From the NCBI GenBank assembly GCA_037441845.1, contig JBBIRK010000001.1, positions 241,184 to 305,183 of the forward strand: 64,000 nucleotides of DNA. The letters are read 5' to 3'. Of the stretch, positions 1 to 11,131 are shown in pieces. Positions within the stretch are counted from its first letter, which is position 1. The number at the start of each line of letters is the position of its first letter. Position numbers and translations under genes: made by a program. This stretch comes from Candidatus Zixiibacteriota bacterium. GTDB taxonomy: Bacteria > Zixibacteria > MSB-5A5 > UBA10806 > 4484-95. The notes beneath the pieces are model-generated. The model saw nothing but the letters and a program-made list of their open reading frames with translations. It was not told the origin of the DNA and made no database searches.

Positions 1-811
1 CAAACATTTTAAGCAGATCGTAAGTTTTTTGGGCCATCATTATCTCGCCGAATCCTTCTGTGACCACCAGAGTTATACCTTTTTTTTCGTTTCCGGTGAT
101 GGCCACTCCGAGATCATAGCCCAGAAAATCCCGCAGATCTTTATCGTTGAATCCGCCGACCACGATTCCCACTGCACCGACCGAGATGGCTTTCTGCAAT
201 CCGGCGGCGGTTACCAGAGAACCGCCCACGATAACGCACCCTTTACATGAATTATCTATTTCCTTATCACTTAAAACATCGCGCGGGGTTTTCGATACGA
301 TCTTGATCGGGCCGTGGGTTTCGCCGCCGATTCCGAAAATGCCCTGAACGAACGCACCCCAGGTGGTTACGGCCACTCCCTCGTTGGGAAAGACTTCGGT
401 AACCACGCCGTCGAGGTAGGCTTTAACCTCCACCGGTATCGGAGCGCCGCGGAGGAGCACCTGGCCCGTAACCTTGGAAATGTTTTCTATCTTGCCGCTT
501 ATTTTGGCCTTGGCCGAGGAGCTGAATAATCCGAAAAACGATTTCGATTTGGCGATGACCTCACCTTCTTGAACCGTGTCGCCCTCTTTTTTCAGCATCG
601 CCTCGATTACATCCTCAGGCGGCACCCCGAGGATATTGGCGACATTGACCGGCTCGACAGCTCCGGGAAGTTCGGTCCTGGCGACAACCGTATCGGGCTT
701 TACCCGATCTCCCACCTTGACGACGACTTCGCCTTTGAGCGGCAATATACGCTTTTTGGTGATTCTCATCCGATTGGTTACGCGCAATCCCGGAGTATAT
801 GCATGAGCCAT
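1..811 (-). CDS. Conserved hypothetical protein (MAHAYTPGLRVT...; barrel-sandwich-hybrid-like 'KVGDRV/KEGDTV' repeats), runs off the window edge
   Basis: Not in the ORF track because it is open at the edge. Read by hand on the minus strand from ATG at 811: MAHAYTPGLRVTNRMRITKKRILPLKGEVVVKVGDRV...QGIFGIGGE...LGYDLGVAITGNE...TEGFG. GAGG-like RBS upstream. Confidence 0.8.
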   Translation of the reverse strand, partial: MAHAYTPGLRVTNRMRITKKRILPLKGEVVVKVGDRVKPDTVVARTELPGAVEPVNVANILGVPPEDVIEAMLKKEGDTVQEGEVIAKSKSFFGLFSSSAKAKISGKIENISKVTGQVLLRGAPIPVEVKAYLDGVVTEVFPNEGVAVTTWGAFVQGIFGIGGETHGPIKIVSKTPRDVLSDKEIDNSCKGCVIVGGSLVTAAGLQKAISVGAVGIVVGGFNDKDLRDFLGYDLGVAITGNEKKGITLVVTEGFGEIMMAQKTYDLLKMF

Positions 812-1001
812 ACGAACCTCATCAATTCTGCGCCCCGACCGACATCCTCATTTCGAAACGTCAGAGCATATTTTCGAGTGATGATAATAATAAATAGAGA
901 GTCGTCGAGCAACAAGATTTATGGGTCCGGTCGGCACAAAAGCGCCGATTCGGCCAACACCGGCATTGCGCCTTGAATAGCAATACGATAAATTCATCAT
1001 C

Positions 1002-2903
1002 ATGGTCATTGCCACTTTGGCCGAATTAACCAAAACTTACCCGTCGGTCGTCGTACTGGACAGAGTAAACGCCTCCATTCAAAATGGGGAAAAAATCGGC
1101 CTGGTGGGACCGAACGGGTGCGGCAAAACCACTTTGCTCGAAATTCTGGCAGGGCTCGTGGAAATCGAATCGGGGGAGGCGAGTTTGGCCAGAGGCACAA
1201 GCATCGGCTATCTGCCGCAGACCCCCGAAACCGGAGACCTCGACTGCAGCCTGATCGATTACCTTAGAAGCGCACACGGCCGGATTATCGAAACCAGAAA
1301 GCGGCTCGAAGAGCTGGAAAATCGGTTGGCAAGTGGTCAAGCCACCCCTGCCGAAATCGAACAGTACAGTAAGAATCTCGATTGGCTGGATCGCAGCGGG
1401 GGATTTTCGCTCGAAACGATGCTCGAGAAAACAGCGATCGGGCTTGGCCTGGAAAAGGAACTGCATCGGCGCCGTTTATCGCAATTATCGGGCGGGCAAT
1501 TGAACCGAGCGGCCTTGGCGCGTCTGCTCTCCTCCAAACCAGACCTTATGCTATTGGATGAACCCACCAACCATCTCGATATCGACGGTATCAAATTTTT
1601 GGAGGATTATCTCGATGCGACGCCTGCCGCCGCGCTGATCGTTTCGCACGACAGGCGGTTTCTCGACAATGTCTGCCGTACGATTTGGGAGCTTCGCCGC
1701 GGCCGGCTGAAAATATTCAAAGGGAATTTTTCTGCATATTTGGAAAAGCGTCGGCAGGATGATGCGCTTGCGCTCAAAGCTTATATCCGACAGAAAGAAT
1801 TCATAGCCAAGACGGAGGCTTTTATCCGCAAAAATATAGCCGGGCAGAAAACGAATCAGGCGAAATCGCGGCGGAAAATGCTGGCCAGACTGGAGAAAAA
1901 AGATAAGCCCTCGGCGCCGGAAAAAAGCATACGTCTGTCATTCGCGGGAGCGGAACGATCGGAACGGATAATTTGCGTCATGGAAAACCTGTCTTTCGGC
2001 TACAGCGATAAGCCGATATTGAAGGATATAAATCTGACAATCGAACGTGGTCAGCGGATCGGCCTCCTCGGTAAAAACGGCAGCGGCAAGACCACTTTGC
2101 TGAGAATCATGGTAGAAGAGTTGTCGCCGGCCGAGGGAAATTTTTACCGCGCGAAAAATTTGAAAATCGCCTATTTCCGGCAGGCAAGGAACGAGTTCTC
2201 CGAAAATGACACGCCGCTCGGTTTGATACGGGCGGCCATGCCGCAACTGGCCGAAAACAAATTACGAGATATTCTGGCCGGATTTTTATTCGAGGCCGAA
2301 GATGTCTTCCGCCCGATGACTTCCTTTTCCGGGGGACAGAAAAGCCGTTTGGCACTGGCGCTTTTGATCGCCGCCCGGCCGAATTTCTTGTTGCTCGATG
2401 AACCGACGAATCATCTCGACATTCCGTCGCTGGAGGCGCTCGAAAACGCGCTCGATTCCTACGACGGGACGCTTCTGGTAGTTTCCCACGATCGTTATTT
2501 TCTCGATGGGCTTGTTGACACGATTTATTATATAGAGGACGGCAGGTTGGAAATTTATAACGGCAATTATTCTTATTTCGAATCCAAACGAGCCGAAAAA
2601 AACGCCGACGACGAGATGAAGGCGAAATCGACCGAAAGCGACACCGTTCACGCTCGGAATACGATCGATAAGAAAAAGCCGCGAAAAGTAAATCCGCAGA
2701 TCATCGAAAAATTGAAAAGCGAAATAGCCGCTCTCGAATCTGAATACCAAGAAATTCATGAGCAACTTATTGATTCGAATATCGCCAGTGACTGGCAAAC
2801 GCTGCACAACCTCGAAAAACGCAAATCGGAACTGGAAAATCTGATTTTGATCGGCTACGAAAAATTGGACAGCTTGATGAAAACCGACAGCGAACAATCG
2901 TGA
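1002..2903 (+). CDS. ABC-F family ATP-binding protein (Uup/YheS-like)
   Basis: Two ABC domains (GPNGCGKTT/LSGGQ/LLDEPTNHLD and GKNGSGKTT/FSGGQ/LLDEPTNHLD), no TM segments, C-terminal coiled coil. Confidence 0.93.
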   Translation: MVIATLAELTKTYPSVVVLDRVNASIQNGEKIGLVGPNGCGKTTLLEILAGLVEIESGEASLARGTSIGYLPQTPETGDLDCSLIDYLRSAHGRIIETRKRLEELENRLASGQATPAEIEQYSKNLDWLDRSGGFSLETMLEKTAIGLGLEKELHRRRLSQLSGGQLNRAALARLLSSKPDLMLLDEPTNHLDIDGIKFLEDYLDATPAAALIVSHDRRFLDNVCRTIWELRRGRLKIFKGNFSAYLEKRRQDDALALKAYIRQKEFIAKTEAFIRKNIAGQKTNQAKSRRKMLARLEKKDKPSAPEKSIRLSFAGAERSERIICVMENLSFGYSDKPILKDINLTIERGQRIGLLGKNGSGKTTLLRIMVEELSPAEGNFYRAKNLKIAYFRQARNEFSENDTPLGLIRAAMPQLAENKLRDILAGFLFEAEDVFRPMTSFSGGQKSRLALALLIAARPNFLLLDEPTNHLDIPSLEALENALDSYDGTLLVVSHDRYFLDGLVDTIYYIEDGRLEIYNGNYSYFESKRAEKNADDEMKAKSTESDTVHARNTIDKKKPRKVNPQIIEKLKSEIAALESEYQEIHEQLIDSNIASDWQTLHNLEKRKSELENLILIGYEKLDSLMKTDSEQS

Positions 2904-4453
2904 AGAAAAATACTGCGGCCGAAACGATCTTATTCGTCACCGCCCTGGTTGCGTTTACTTTGCTTTCGAACGCCGACCAAGGAATGGACTCTTATATATA
3001 CGCCATCAACGTCCGGGATTCGTCGGAGCTGTTGCATCCCCACCATCTTCTTTACAATCCGTTCGGGGTGATACTTTGTCGGCTTTTTTCGTTCACCGGC
3101 CTCGGCAGCCTGAAACTGCTCTCGCTTTTCAATTCCGTACTCGGTGCCGCCGTATTGACGATAATTTACCGCACCCTCCGAAAGTATACGGACCGCCGTC
3201 GGGCGTCGGCGGCGGTGATCTCAATCGGAGCTTTATATTCGTTCTGGTACTATTCGGCTTCGGTCGAGGTCAATATGGCCGCGCTTCTTTTCGGCAGTTT
3301 GGCGTTATTGCTGATTTCACAAGAAGAGACTTCAACGACAAAAGGCATGGCGGCATCGCTTAGTATCGCCGCGGGGACATTATTCCATCAAGCGCTCGTG
3401 CTGATGTATATACCGTTGTTCATCGTTTTCCATCGGCGCCGAATCCCCTTAAGCCGAATTATCATGCAATTAGGTCCGAGTATTCTTTCTCTCGGGATAA
3501 TCTATTCGGCATGCGCATTATGGATTACACCGGATCACACCGTCAAATCGGCTTGGCGCTGGCTGACCCTATATTCCCATCTGGGGACATGGGGCAAATT
3601 GAGTTTGAATAATTTCGTAATCTCGATCTGGGGAACGGCCAAGACTCTTTTCGGAGGAGACGAAATCAGGCGGACATTCTATGCCGGAGATCGTGGATTA
3701 TCCGGCTATTCGTATCTGTTTTTGCTGGTCGCAACTGTATCGCTATTACTTTATATTGCCTTCGTTTCGTTAATGAATCGCCTGTTCTGGAGCACATTTG
3801 AATTGTTTCTGCTGTTGAACACCATCGCGTTTGGTCTATTTGCATTTTGGTGGGCGCCAACCGATGATGGCTTTTGGCTGTATTCCATTTTATCCTTGTT
3901 TCTACTGACATTCGTTCGTTTCACCCGAATAAAGTCGCCTGGTTTGCCGTTGAGCGCCTTGCCGATTTTCTTGATTTTGACAAATTATCCATTCGAAATA
4001 ATCCCTTCTGCCGAAGTCAATAATTCGATCGTAAGAAGCGGAGCCGCCAAAATAGCGGCCATGAATATCGGCGAATCCGATCTGGTGATCACCAATTTCA
4101 ATCAGATACGGCTGGCGCTGGATTATCATCACGGCATAAAGACCAATACCGCTTGCTTGCTTTTTGCTCCCCCGGGGGACAACCACGAGGTCGTTGAAGA
4201 ATATTCAAAGCGGATCAGGGATTGGTTGGCACGGGGCAGGGTTCTCATTTTCGCCAATGAAATTTTTCCCGAGCCGCATCGGCGTTACTTGACCGAGCGA
4301 TTCAGCCTCGACGATTATAGACGGGCTTATGATGAATTTCTGCCGCTGCTCGTCAAGCGTGATTCCATTTCCGCTTATGGATCTTGGGTAACGATCTGGG
4401 AAATACAACCTGATCAGGCCCGGCTTTCGACTAAACCATCAGATGATCATTGA
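2900..4453 (+). CDS. Polytopic membrane protein, probable GT-C-fold glycosyltransferase-like
   Basis: About 10 TM segments, DS..Y motif and HPHHLLY loop after the first TM, soluble C-terminal domain; start overlaps the upstream stop. Confidence 0.55.
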   Translation: MKKNTAAETILFVTALVAFTLLSNADQGMDSYIYAINVRDSSELLHPHHLLYNPFGVILCRLFSFTGLGSLKLLSLFNSVLGAAVLTIIYRTLRKYTDRRRASAAVISIGALYSFWYYSASVEVNMAALLFGSLALLLISQEETSTTKGMAASLSIAAGTLFHQALVLMYIPLFIVFHRRRIPLSRIIMQLGPSILSLGIIYSACALWITPDHTVKSAWRWLTLYSHLGTWGKLSLNNFVISIWGTAKTLFGGDEIRRTFYAGDRGLSGYSYLFLLVATVSLLLYIAFVSLMNRLFWSTFELFLLLNTIAFGLFAFWWAPTDDGFWLYSILSLFLLTFVRFTRIKSPGLPLSALPIFLILTNYPFEIIPSAEVNNSIVRSGAAKIAAMNIGESDLVITNFNQIRLALDYHHGIKTNTACLLFAPPGDNHEVVEEYSKRIRDWLARGRVLIFANEIFPEPHRRYLTERFSLDDYRRAYDEFLPLLVKRDSISAYGSWVTIWEIQPDQARLSTKPSDDH

Positions 4454-4534
4454 CACGGACAATCAATTGGCTATTTTGATTGATCGGGCTGCAGCCGGTA
4501 AGACGGTGCGGCGCCAGATTAAAATCGGAAGAAT

Positions 4535-6328
4535 ATGGAAAATATCCGCAATTTTTGTATCATCGCCCATATAGATCACGGCAAATCGACTTTGGCCGAC
4601 AGGCTGCTCGAATACACCCATACGATTGACCCCCGCCAGATGAAAAGACAGGTCCTGGACACGATGGATCTCGAGCAAGAGCGCGGTATAACTATCAAGT
4701 CGCACGCGATCAGGATGGAATACACCACGCATGACGGCGAAACCTATATTCTCAATCTGATCGACACTCCCGGGCATGTCGATTTCAATTATGAGGTGTC
4801 ACGGGCGCTTATGGCCTGTGAGGGAGCTTTGCTGGTGGTCGATGCCTCTCAGGGGGTCGAAGCCCAAACTATCTCAAACCTTTACCTTGCACTCGAATCC
4901 AATTTGACCATAATCCCCGTCATAAACAAAATCGATCTTCCATCGGCGAATATCGAGCGGGCCAAAGAGGAAATCGTGAATCTTATCGGCTGCTCCGAAG
5001 ATGAGATACTCGTCGCCTCGGCCAAATTGGGCACGGGGATAGAGCAGATTCTCGAGGCGATCGTCAACCGGATAAGGCCTCCCGGAGGAGACCCGGACGC
5101 CCCCCCGCGGGCGTTGATATTCGATTCGGCTTTCGATAATTACCGCGGCGCCGTCGCCTATGTCAGAGTTTTCGAGGGGAAATTCCGCAAAAACGACTGG
5201 CTGCGCTTCTTCTCGCATCAGCGGAAATATCAATGTGACGAATTGGGTTACCTGATTTTGAAATACGTTCCGCGAGAAGAATTGAAGGCCGGGGAGGTCG
5301 GCTACATAATCGGTAATATCCGACAGGTGGGCGATACCCGCGTTGGCGATACCATCACTACCGATAACAATCCCGCGGCCGAGCCGTTGCCCGGATTCAA
5401 GCAGGCCAAGCCGATGGTGTTCGCCGGTATATACCCGACCGAGGCTGAGAATTTCGAGGATTTGCGGGAGGCGATCAATAAACTGCAATTGAACGATGCT
5501 TCGCTTGTTTTCGAGCCCGAGACTTCGCTTGCCCTCGGGTTCGGATTCCGCTGCGGGTTCTTGGGCCTATTGCATATGGAAATAATCCAAGAACGACTTC
5601 AGCGCGAATACAAGATGCCGATTATCACCACTGTCCCGAGCGTCAATTATCGGGTGACTCTCACCGACGGCTCGATAGTGGAAATCGACAACCCATCGCT
5701 CATGCCCGACCAGGCTAAACTCGAAAAAATCGAAGAGCCGTTCGTGACCGCCTCGATAATAACACCGACCGAATATATCGGTAATCTCATGAAACTATGC
5801 CTCGAGCGCCGCGGCCAGCATCTGAATACGGAATACATCGATCCGACCCGGGCGAATCTGCATTATCTCATGCCGCTGTCGGAGATAATTTTCGACTTTT
5901 TCGATCGTATGAAATCGGTTTCCAGAGGATACGCATCGCTCGATTACGAATTCAAAGACTATTATGAATCGAATCTGGTGCGACTCGATATTCTGCTCAA
6001 TGACGAGCCGGTCGATGCCTTGTCGGCGATCGTGCATCGCGACAAAGCCTATAACTGGGGGCGCTCCCTATGTCAGAAATTGCGGCAGTTGATTCCCCGC
6101 CAGCTCTATGAAGTCGTAATCCAGGCGGCCATCGGTTCACGGGTCATCGCCCGTGATTCGATAAAACCTCTGCGGAAAAACGTCACCGCTAAATGCTACG
6201 GCGGAGACATCACTCGTAAAAGAAAGCTGCTTGAACGCCAAAAAGAAGGCAAAAAGAGAATGAAACGGGTCGGCCAGGTGGAGATCCCTCAAGAGGCTTT
6301 TCTGGCCATATTGCAGGTGGAAAAATGA
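4535..6328 (+). CDS. lepA: Translation elongation factor 4 (LepA)
   Basis: [51 protein letters not shown]. Confidence 0.99.
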   Translation: MENIRNFCIIAHIDHGKSTLADRLLEYTHTIDPRQMKRQVLDTMDLEQERGITIKSHAIRMEYTTHDGETYILNLIDTPGHVDFNYEVSRALMACEGALLVVDASQGVEAQTISNLYLALESNLTIIPVINKIDLPSANIERAKEEIVNLIGCSEDEILVASAKLGTGIEQILEAIVNRIRPPGGDPDAPPRALIFDSAFDNYRGAVAYVRVFEGKFRKNDWLRFFSHQRKYQCDELGYLILKYVPREELKAGEVGYIIGNIRQVGDTRVGDTITTDNNPAAEPLPGFKQAKPMVFAGIYPTEAENFEDLREAINKLQLNDASLVFEPETSLALGFGFRCGFLGLLHMEIIQERLQREYKMPIITTVPSVNYRVTLTDGSIVEIDNPSLMPDQAKLEKIEEPFVTASIITPTEYIGNLMKLCLERRGQHLNTEYIDPTRANLHYLMPLSEIIFDFFDRMKSVSRGYASLDYEFKDYYESNLVRLDILLNDEPVDALSAIVHRDKAYNWGRSLCQKLRQLIPRQLYEVVIQAAIGSRVIARDSIKPLRKNVTAKCYGGDITRKRKLLERQKEGKKRMKRVGQVEIPQEAFLAILQVEK

Positions 6329-6353
6329 CGACCTGCGGAAAGGAAACAAATCC

Positions 6354-6824
6354 GTGACGATCGAAGGCTTTATGAAAATCAAGACGCTGGCGAATTTTTG
6401 GATATTCGAGGTCAAGCCGACGCTCGACAAGGCGCTTGAAATCGCTCCCTCCGAAAAACTCGACTGGATGCCCGCGCCGGAAATGATCACCCTCGGAAAC
6501 ATTTTCATGCATATAGCGGAGGCGTCATCGTGGTGGATCGACAAAGTGATCGACGGCGGTGAGTATAAACGCCTTACCCCCTGTAAATGTCCAGCGAAAG
6601 ACCAGGTCGGGCGGCTGCTCGAAGGTCACTGGCAAAGGCTGGAACATCTATTTTCGAGATCGCCCGAAATTTTCGAAAAATCGTACGAAGTCAGACGCAA
6701 AGACAAAATCGACAGGTTCGAAGGCTACTGGATCATGCTTCATTTGTTCGAACACGATATTCATCACCGAAGTCAGGCGAATCATTATCTTCGCATACTT
6801 GGAATCACGCCGCCACAGATTTGA
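6354..6824 (+). CDS. DinB/YfiT family protein
   Basis: W.P...TLG.IF.HI and C-terminal HLFEHDIHHRSQ...YLR.LG motif. Confidence 0.85.
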   Translation: MTIEGFMKIKTLANFWIFEVKPTLDKALEIAPSEKLDWMPAPEMITLGNIFMHIAEASSWWIDKVIDGGEYKRLTPCKCPAKDQVGRLLEGHWQRLEHLFSRSPEIFEKSYEVRRKDKIDRFEGYWIMLHLFEHDIHHRSQANHYLRILGITPPQI

Positions 6825-6989
6825 AATCCTTGAAATCAAATATTGACGGTCCGTCTTCGATGTTCCATTTGGCGATATTATTTGGCCGTGCGCGTATTTC
6901 CGTCAAAACGACAATACATGATTATGGACTTATAGGTGACGCCGCGGCCAAATCATACAGACGGCTGACTCAGTCAGGTTAAATTACTT

Positions 6990-7547
6990 TCAGTGAGCCG
7001 TAAAGCCGCCGAGCTGTTCAAGTCGCGTTGCAAAAACCTCGAAGCCGGATCGGTCGAACAGCACGAAAACGATTTTTTCGAGCACGGTCGATTTTTCGAT
7101 AAACTTTGCGCTCGCGCCTATCATTATATCGGCGCACTCGGCTATGGGAAATCCGCCCACGCCGGTTCCGAGTGCCGGAAACGCGATGGATTTCGATCCC
7201 AACCGATCGGCCAGCATGAGGCTGTTGACCGTCGCTTCGCGGATCAATTCGGCGTTCGTGCGCAAATCCTGCCCCATCACTGCGGCGTGAATAACATGGC
7301 GCGCCTTCAAGCTCCCGGCACCGGTGGCGATCGCTTCGCCGACCTTGATCGGCCCATGCTTGACCGCTTCGTCTTCGATTGTTTGACCACCTTTGCGTTT
7401 AATCGCGCCGGCGACGCCCGCACCCATCCACAGATGGTTATTCGCGGCGTTAACGATTGCATCGACCTCCGCTTCGGTTATATCCCCCTGCTGACAACCG
7501 ATGGATTTGCCACCGAATTTTATACTTTTACCGAATAACATCCCCAC
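6990..7547 (-). CDS. Macro domain protein (O-acetyl-ADP-ribose deacetylase/YmdB-like)
   Basis: GDIT, AIVNAAN, GAGVAGAI, SIAFPALGTGVGGFP. Confidence 0.93.
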   Translation of the reverse strand: MGMLFGKSIKFGGKSIGCQQGDITEAEVDAIVNAANNHLWMGAGVAGAIKRKGGQTIEDEAVKHGPIKVGEAIATGAGSLKARHVIHAAVMGQDLRTNAELIREATVNSLMLADRLGSKSIAFPALGTGVGGFPIAECADIMIGASAKFIEKSTVLEKIVFVLFDRSGFEVFATRLEQLGGFTAH

Positions 7548-8112
7548 TTGAACCTTTCGCCATGTCGGCGTGACTGCGATTGCGGGGATAAGCTATTTTC
7601 CTTCTCACCCATAGAACAGCCATCCCCATTAAAACGCCGAATAGATATCCAGCCAGAATATCGCTCGGATAATGCTTGCCCAAATAGATTCTCGATATTC
7701 CGACCGCAACGGCCAAAAGCCACATGAACAAAATCAGTCGATGCCTGAACCGGCCGACAATATAGGCGACGACAGCGCAATTGGCGGCGTGATTTGAGGG
7801 GAATCCGTAAAGACCCCCGCACTCTATTATCTCACGCAGCTGTAAACCGGCATGACACGGCCGAGGTCGCATCACCAGTTTTTTGAGTATCTGCGAGCAG
7901 ATCGGATCAGTCAGGGCGATTCCGATCAAACTCAGAATTATCATATTTCCCGTATGAGGGACTTTGCGGATAATCATGACTGCGACAATCAAGCCGAGAA
8001 TAGCGAACAAAATACGTTGATCTGAAAGCAATATGAAAAGGTGATCCAAAACCGGGTTGCCGAGCTTGAGGTTTATGAAAAAAAGCAAGCCTTTATCGAT
8101 CTCTGCCAGCAT
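7528..8112 (-). CDS. PAP2 family membrane phosphatase
   Basis: K....RPRP, FPSNHA, SRIYLGKHYPSD motifs; ATG at 8112 follows a GGAG RBS. Confidence 0.92.
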   Translation of the reverse strand: MLAEIDKGLLFFINLKLGNPVLDHLFILLSDQRILFAILGLIVAVMIIRKVPHTGNMIILSLIGIALTDPICSQILKKLVMRPRPCHAGLQLREIIECGGLYGFPSNHAANCAVVAYIVGRFRHRLILFMWLLAVAVGISRIYLGKHYPSDILAGYLFGVLMGMAVLWVRRKIAYPRNRSHADMAKGSSGDVIR

Positions 8113-8272
8113 TATTCTCCAAAGATTATATAACAAATAAGTATATTATCGATATGCCCTAACCGCAACAATCATCTGAAAACGCTCAGGGCGGATAGCC
8201 GAAATTATTTGGCTTTCCGTTTCCGCTTGCTTCCAAGGAAGGAAAAAAACAATTTATGACTGAGGTGATTCT

Positions 8273-9268
8273 ATGCCGGCGAATCTGCCCCCTCAATATT
8301 ACGAGCTCGAGCGGCAATTCAACAAAGAAACCGACCTGGCCGAAAAGCTGCGCCTGGCCAAAGAACTTCTGGCCATCATGCCCAAACATAAGGGCACCGA
8401 CAAACTGCAGGCGGATCTGAAGGCCAAAATTTCCAAACTCAAATCGCAATTGGAAAGCGGCGCCAAAAAGCACGGGGCTCATCATGTCGATCGCTTCCCA
8501 CATATCGAGAAGGAAGGCGCCGGGCAAGTGATCTTAATCGGCCCGCCTAATTCGGGCAAGTCGAGCATACTTGACTATTGCACTAACGCCCGACCGTTTA
8601 TCGCCGATTATCCTTACTCGACCCACGAACCGATGACCGGTATGATGCCGTTCGAAAGCATCCAGTTCCAGTTGATCGACACCCCGGCTATCTCGGATCT
8701 GCCGATGCCGTCTTATCTGCCTAACCTTATCCGCCAAGCCGACCTGGTCGTCTGCGTGATCGATATAAGCGATTTTATGGCGGAAAAACGGATTGCCGAA
8801 TTGCAAGCAAGGCTGCTCGAGAAAAATATAGCCCTGACGCCACCTAATACCGTGCCGGAGGGAAATGCCCGATTCGTCTATAAGAAAACCTTGATCGCCG
8901 CGCATAAATATGCCGCGCCCGAATCGGACGACGCCCTCGCGGAATTGAAAATCAAGCCGGCGGAATTTCCGATCATTCCCACATCCATTTATGATTCCGC
9001 TCTCATGGAAAATTTCAAGAAAGCGATATTCGAAGCCTTCGATATCGTGCGAGTATATACCAAGCGAAGCGGCCACGAACCGGATTTCAGCGACCCGGTG
9101 GTCCTGCCCAAAGGCAGCACCGTCGGCGACGCCGCCTTGCGGTTGCATAAGGATTTCGCACAGAAACTTCAATATGCCAAAATCTGGGGTAAGGGAAAAT
9201 TCGAGGGCCAACGGGTCAAAAGCAATTTCGTTTTATCCGATGAGGATATAATCGAATTTCATATATAG
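8273..9268 (+). CDS. OBG-superfamily DRG/Rbg1-like GTPase with C-terminal TGS domain
   Basis: MPANLPPQY N-terminus, PKHKGT, GPPNSGKSS, YPYST, DTPA, TGS domain (LHKDF...YAKIWG...GQRV). Confidence 0.88.
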   Translation: MPANLPPQYYELERQFNKETDLAEKLRLAKELLAIMPKHKGTDKLQADLKAKISKLKSQLESGAKKHGAHHVDRFPHIEKEGAGQVILIGPPNSGKSSILDYCTNARPFIADYPYSTHEPMTGMMPFESIQFQLIDTPAISDLPMPSYLPNLIRQADLVVCVIDISDFMAEKRIAELQARLLEKNIALTPPNTVPEGNARFVYKKTLIAAHKYAAPESDDALAELKIKPAEFPIIPTSIYDSALMENFKKAIFEAFDIVRVYTKRSGHEPDFSDPVVLPKGSTVGDAALRLHKDFAQKLQYAKIWGKGKFEGQRVKSNFVLSDEDIIEFHI

Positions 9269-9282
9269 GTCGAGCGATAAGG

Positions 9283-11004
9283 CTATCGTCGACCGGAAGC
9301 ATCCGCCCCGATTGCGATAAGGCTGTCGAGAATCCTGATCGCCGGAATTACCATCTTGTCATTTCTGCCCTTGGGCGTGGCCGCATATCTTTCGAGATAC
9401 TCCCTTGCCTCTGAATATCGTCCCAAGCGGTTAAGCAAAACGGCCAGATAATTCATAGCGAAAACGTCATCGGGTTTCAGGCGAAGCGTCTCCTTGAAAT
9501 TGGCTTCCGCCTCTCTGTGTTTACCCTGCTCCATTTGCACGAAACCCAGCCAAAGAAAAAGCCGCGGATGGTCTTTGAAAGTAACCGCCAGAGCATAAGC
9601 TTTCTCCGCGAGCGGGAGGTTTTTGGCGTAATAGTAATGTTCGCCGAGCACTTCATAATTATACCAGGCGCGAGCCGGGTCCAAAGCGGCGATATTCCAG
9701 AACCGCAACCGCGATGCCTCCAGATTCGAATTCAGGTAAATCCAAGGCAACACCAACGAAAGCGACAGCACCGCCACGATCAGCTTGAATTTTCTGCTGC
9801 GATTGGACCAATCGACGCCTAGAAAAAGCGAAAGATGCGGCGTTAGCAATAACAATGCGAATAGGTCCCAATCGCGCGCCATGCCCAACCGCGGGTCGAT
9901 CAGAACAATCAGAACCAAGGCACATGCAGTCGACAACCAGAAGCCGATTCTCAATCTCCTGAGTACCTCATCCGAGGAATTGACCCTCTGAAAACCTATT
10001 AGCAACACCGAGGTTGGTAGAACCAAGAACAATAGATTGGCAAGATCAACCAAATGGCGCGGACTGAAAACAGCATACTCCGGATCCGATCGGCCGCTCG
10101 AGAGAAGCATACCGGGAATCTCCTTGTTCACGTGGGCGAAAATCATATATACCGCCGTGATTATCGGCACCAGCATTATATGTAGAGACCGCAACGGAGA
10201 TTTTCTCGACAGCAACCGAACCTTTGCTTGATACAAAATAAACGGGAGGATAACCACCGCCAGATTATGCATGAAAAAGGCCAGTAAAAAGAAAAGCAGG
10301 CTCGAGTTCAACCTTTTTCCGGTTTCCGAATAAACGATCGTCTGCTGCACCGTCACGAGCGAGAGTGCGGCGGCAAGGGCGTAATTTTCGGCATATCCAA
10401 AAAACATCATCACCCCACCCCAGCCCAAAAGATAAGACAGAGTCAACCATTTTTCCGCGCCGAAACGAACCAACCATCGGGCGAGAGCCCAGCCACCATA
10501 AAAATAAATCATTCCCGCCAGATAGCTCCAGAAACGGAAACAATCGACCGCATTCAATCCGATCGGTTTGAAAATGTATTTGTAGCTCAGGTAATGAATA
10601 GCATAATCCAGCGGCTCACTTGCCGCATCGATAAAAAACCGATGAAATCCTTTCTTTTCCATTTCCTGGATCCGTAATGGACCATCGCCGAGCAGATTGG
10701 CGCTGTCGCTGAAAAGACGGAAAATGAGCAATAAACCTCCGATTACTAAGACGCCGAGGATGATGCGATTGGCTCTTCCGCCGGCTTCGGTCCTTTTCGT
10801 TGCGGCGCTCTGGATCTCGGACTTTCCGATAAGCAGAATAACTGCGGCCACAAAGATCAAATAGGCATAGGAAATAAAATGGGGGAAGTATGCGAAAATA
10901 TCGACGCCCCAGAGCCTGATTCCGGGGAAATTGAGCGCCACGGCGCGCAAGGCGATCAAAGACAGCGAAAGCGCGATAGTCATGATTTTCTCGCTCTTAT
11001 ACAA
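9283..11004 (-). CDS. Multi-TM membrane protein with C-terminal TPR repeats (TMTC/GT-C-like architecture)
   Basis: About 12 hydrophobic segments followed by TPR-like repeats (LGEHYY...AEKAY..A; LGFVQM.QG...EAE..F...L.L.P). Confidence 0.65.
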   Translation of the reverse strand: MYKSEKIMTIALSLSLIALRAVALNFPGIRLWGVDIFAYFPHFISYAYLIFVAAVILLIGKSEIQSAATKRTEAGGRANRIILGVLVIGGLLLIFRLFSDSANLLGDGPLRIQEMEKKGFHRFFIDAASEPLDYAIHYLSYKYIFKPIGLNAVDCFRFWSYLAGMIYFYGGWALARWLVRFGAEKWLTLSYLLGWGGVMMFFGYAENYALAAALSLVTVQQTIVYSETGKRLNSSLLFFLLAFFMHNLAVVILPFILYQAKVRLLSRKSPLRSLHIMLVPIITAVYMIFAHVNKEIPGMLLSSGRSDPEYAVFSPRHLVDLANLLFLVLPTSVLLIGFQRVNSSDEVLRRLRIGFWLSTACALVLIVLIDPRLGMARDWDLFALLLLTPHLSLFLGVDWSNRSRKFKLIVAVLSLSLVLPWIYLNSNLEASRLRFWNIAALDPARAWYNYEVLGEHYYYAKNLPLAEKAYALAVTFKDHPRLFLWLGFVQMEQGKHREAEANFKETLRLKPDDVFAMNYLAVLLNRLGRYSEAREYLERYAATPKGRNDKMVIPAIRILDSLIAIGADASGRR

Positions 11005-11056
11005 GGACGGATCCCGGTCAATAGTTCACACTTGATTCTTGAAATGAATATAAAAT

Positions 11057-11088
11057 AAAAAAAGCCATCTTCGGTAGGAAAAGATGGC
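11057..11088 (-). terminator. Rho-independent terminator of the glmL-like gene
   Basis: GCCATCTT/AAGATGGC stem with A7 on the + strand (U-tract on the - strand). Confidence 0.7.
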
Positions 11089-11131
11089 GTCATCAAATTG
11101 CTTCGACAGGGAATTTAGAATCAGGAGCGGT

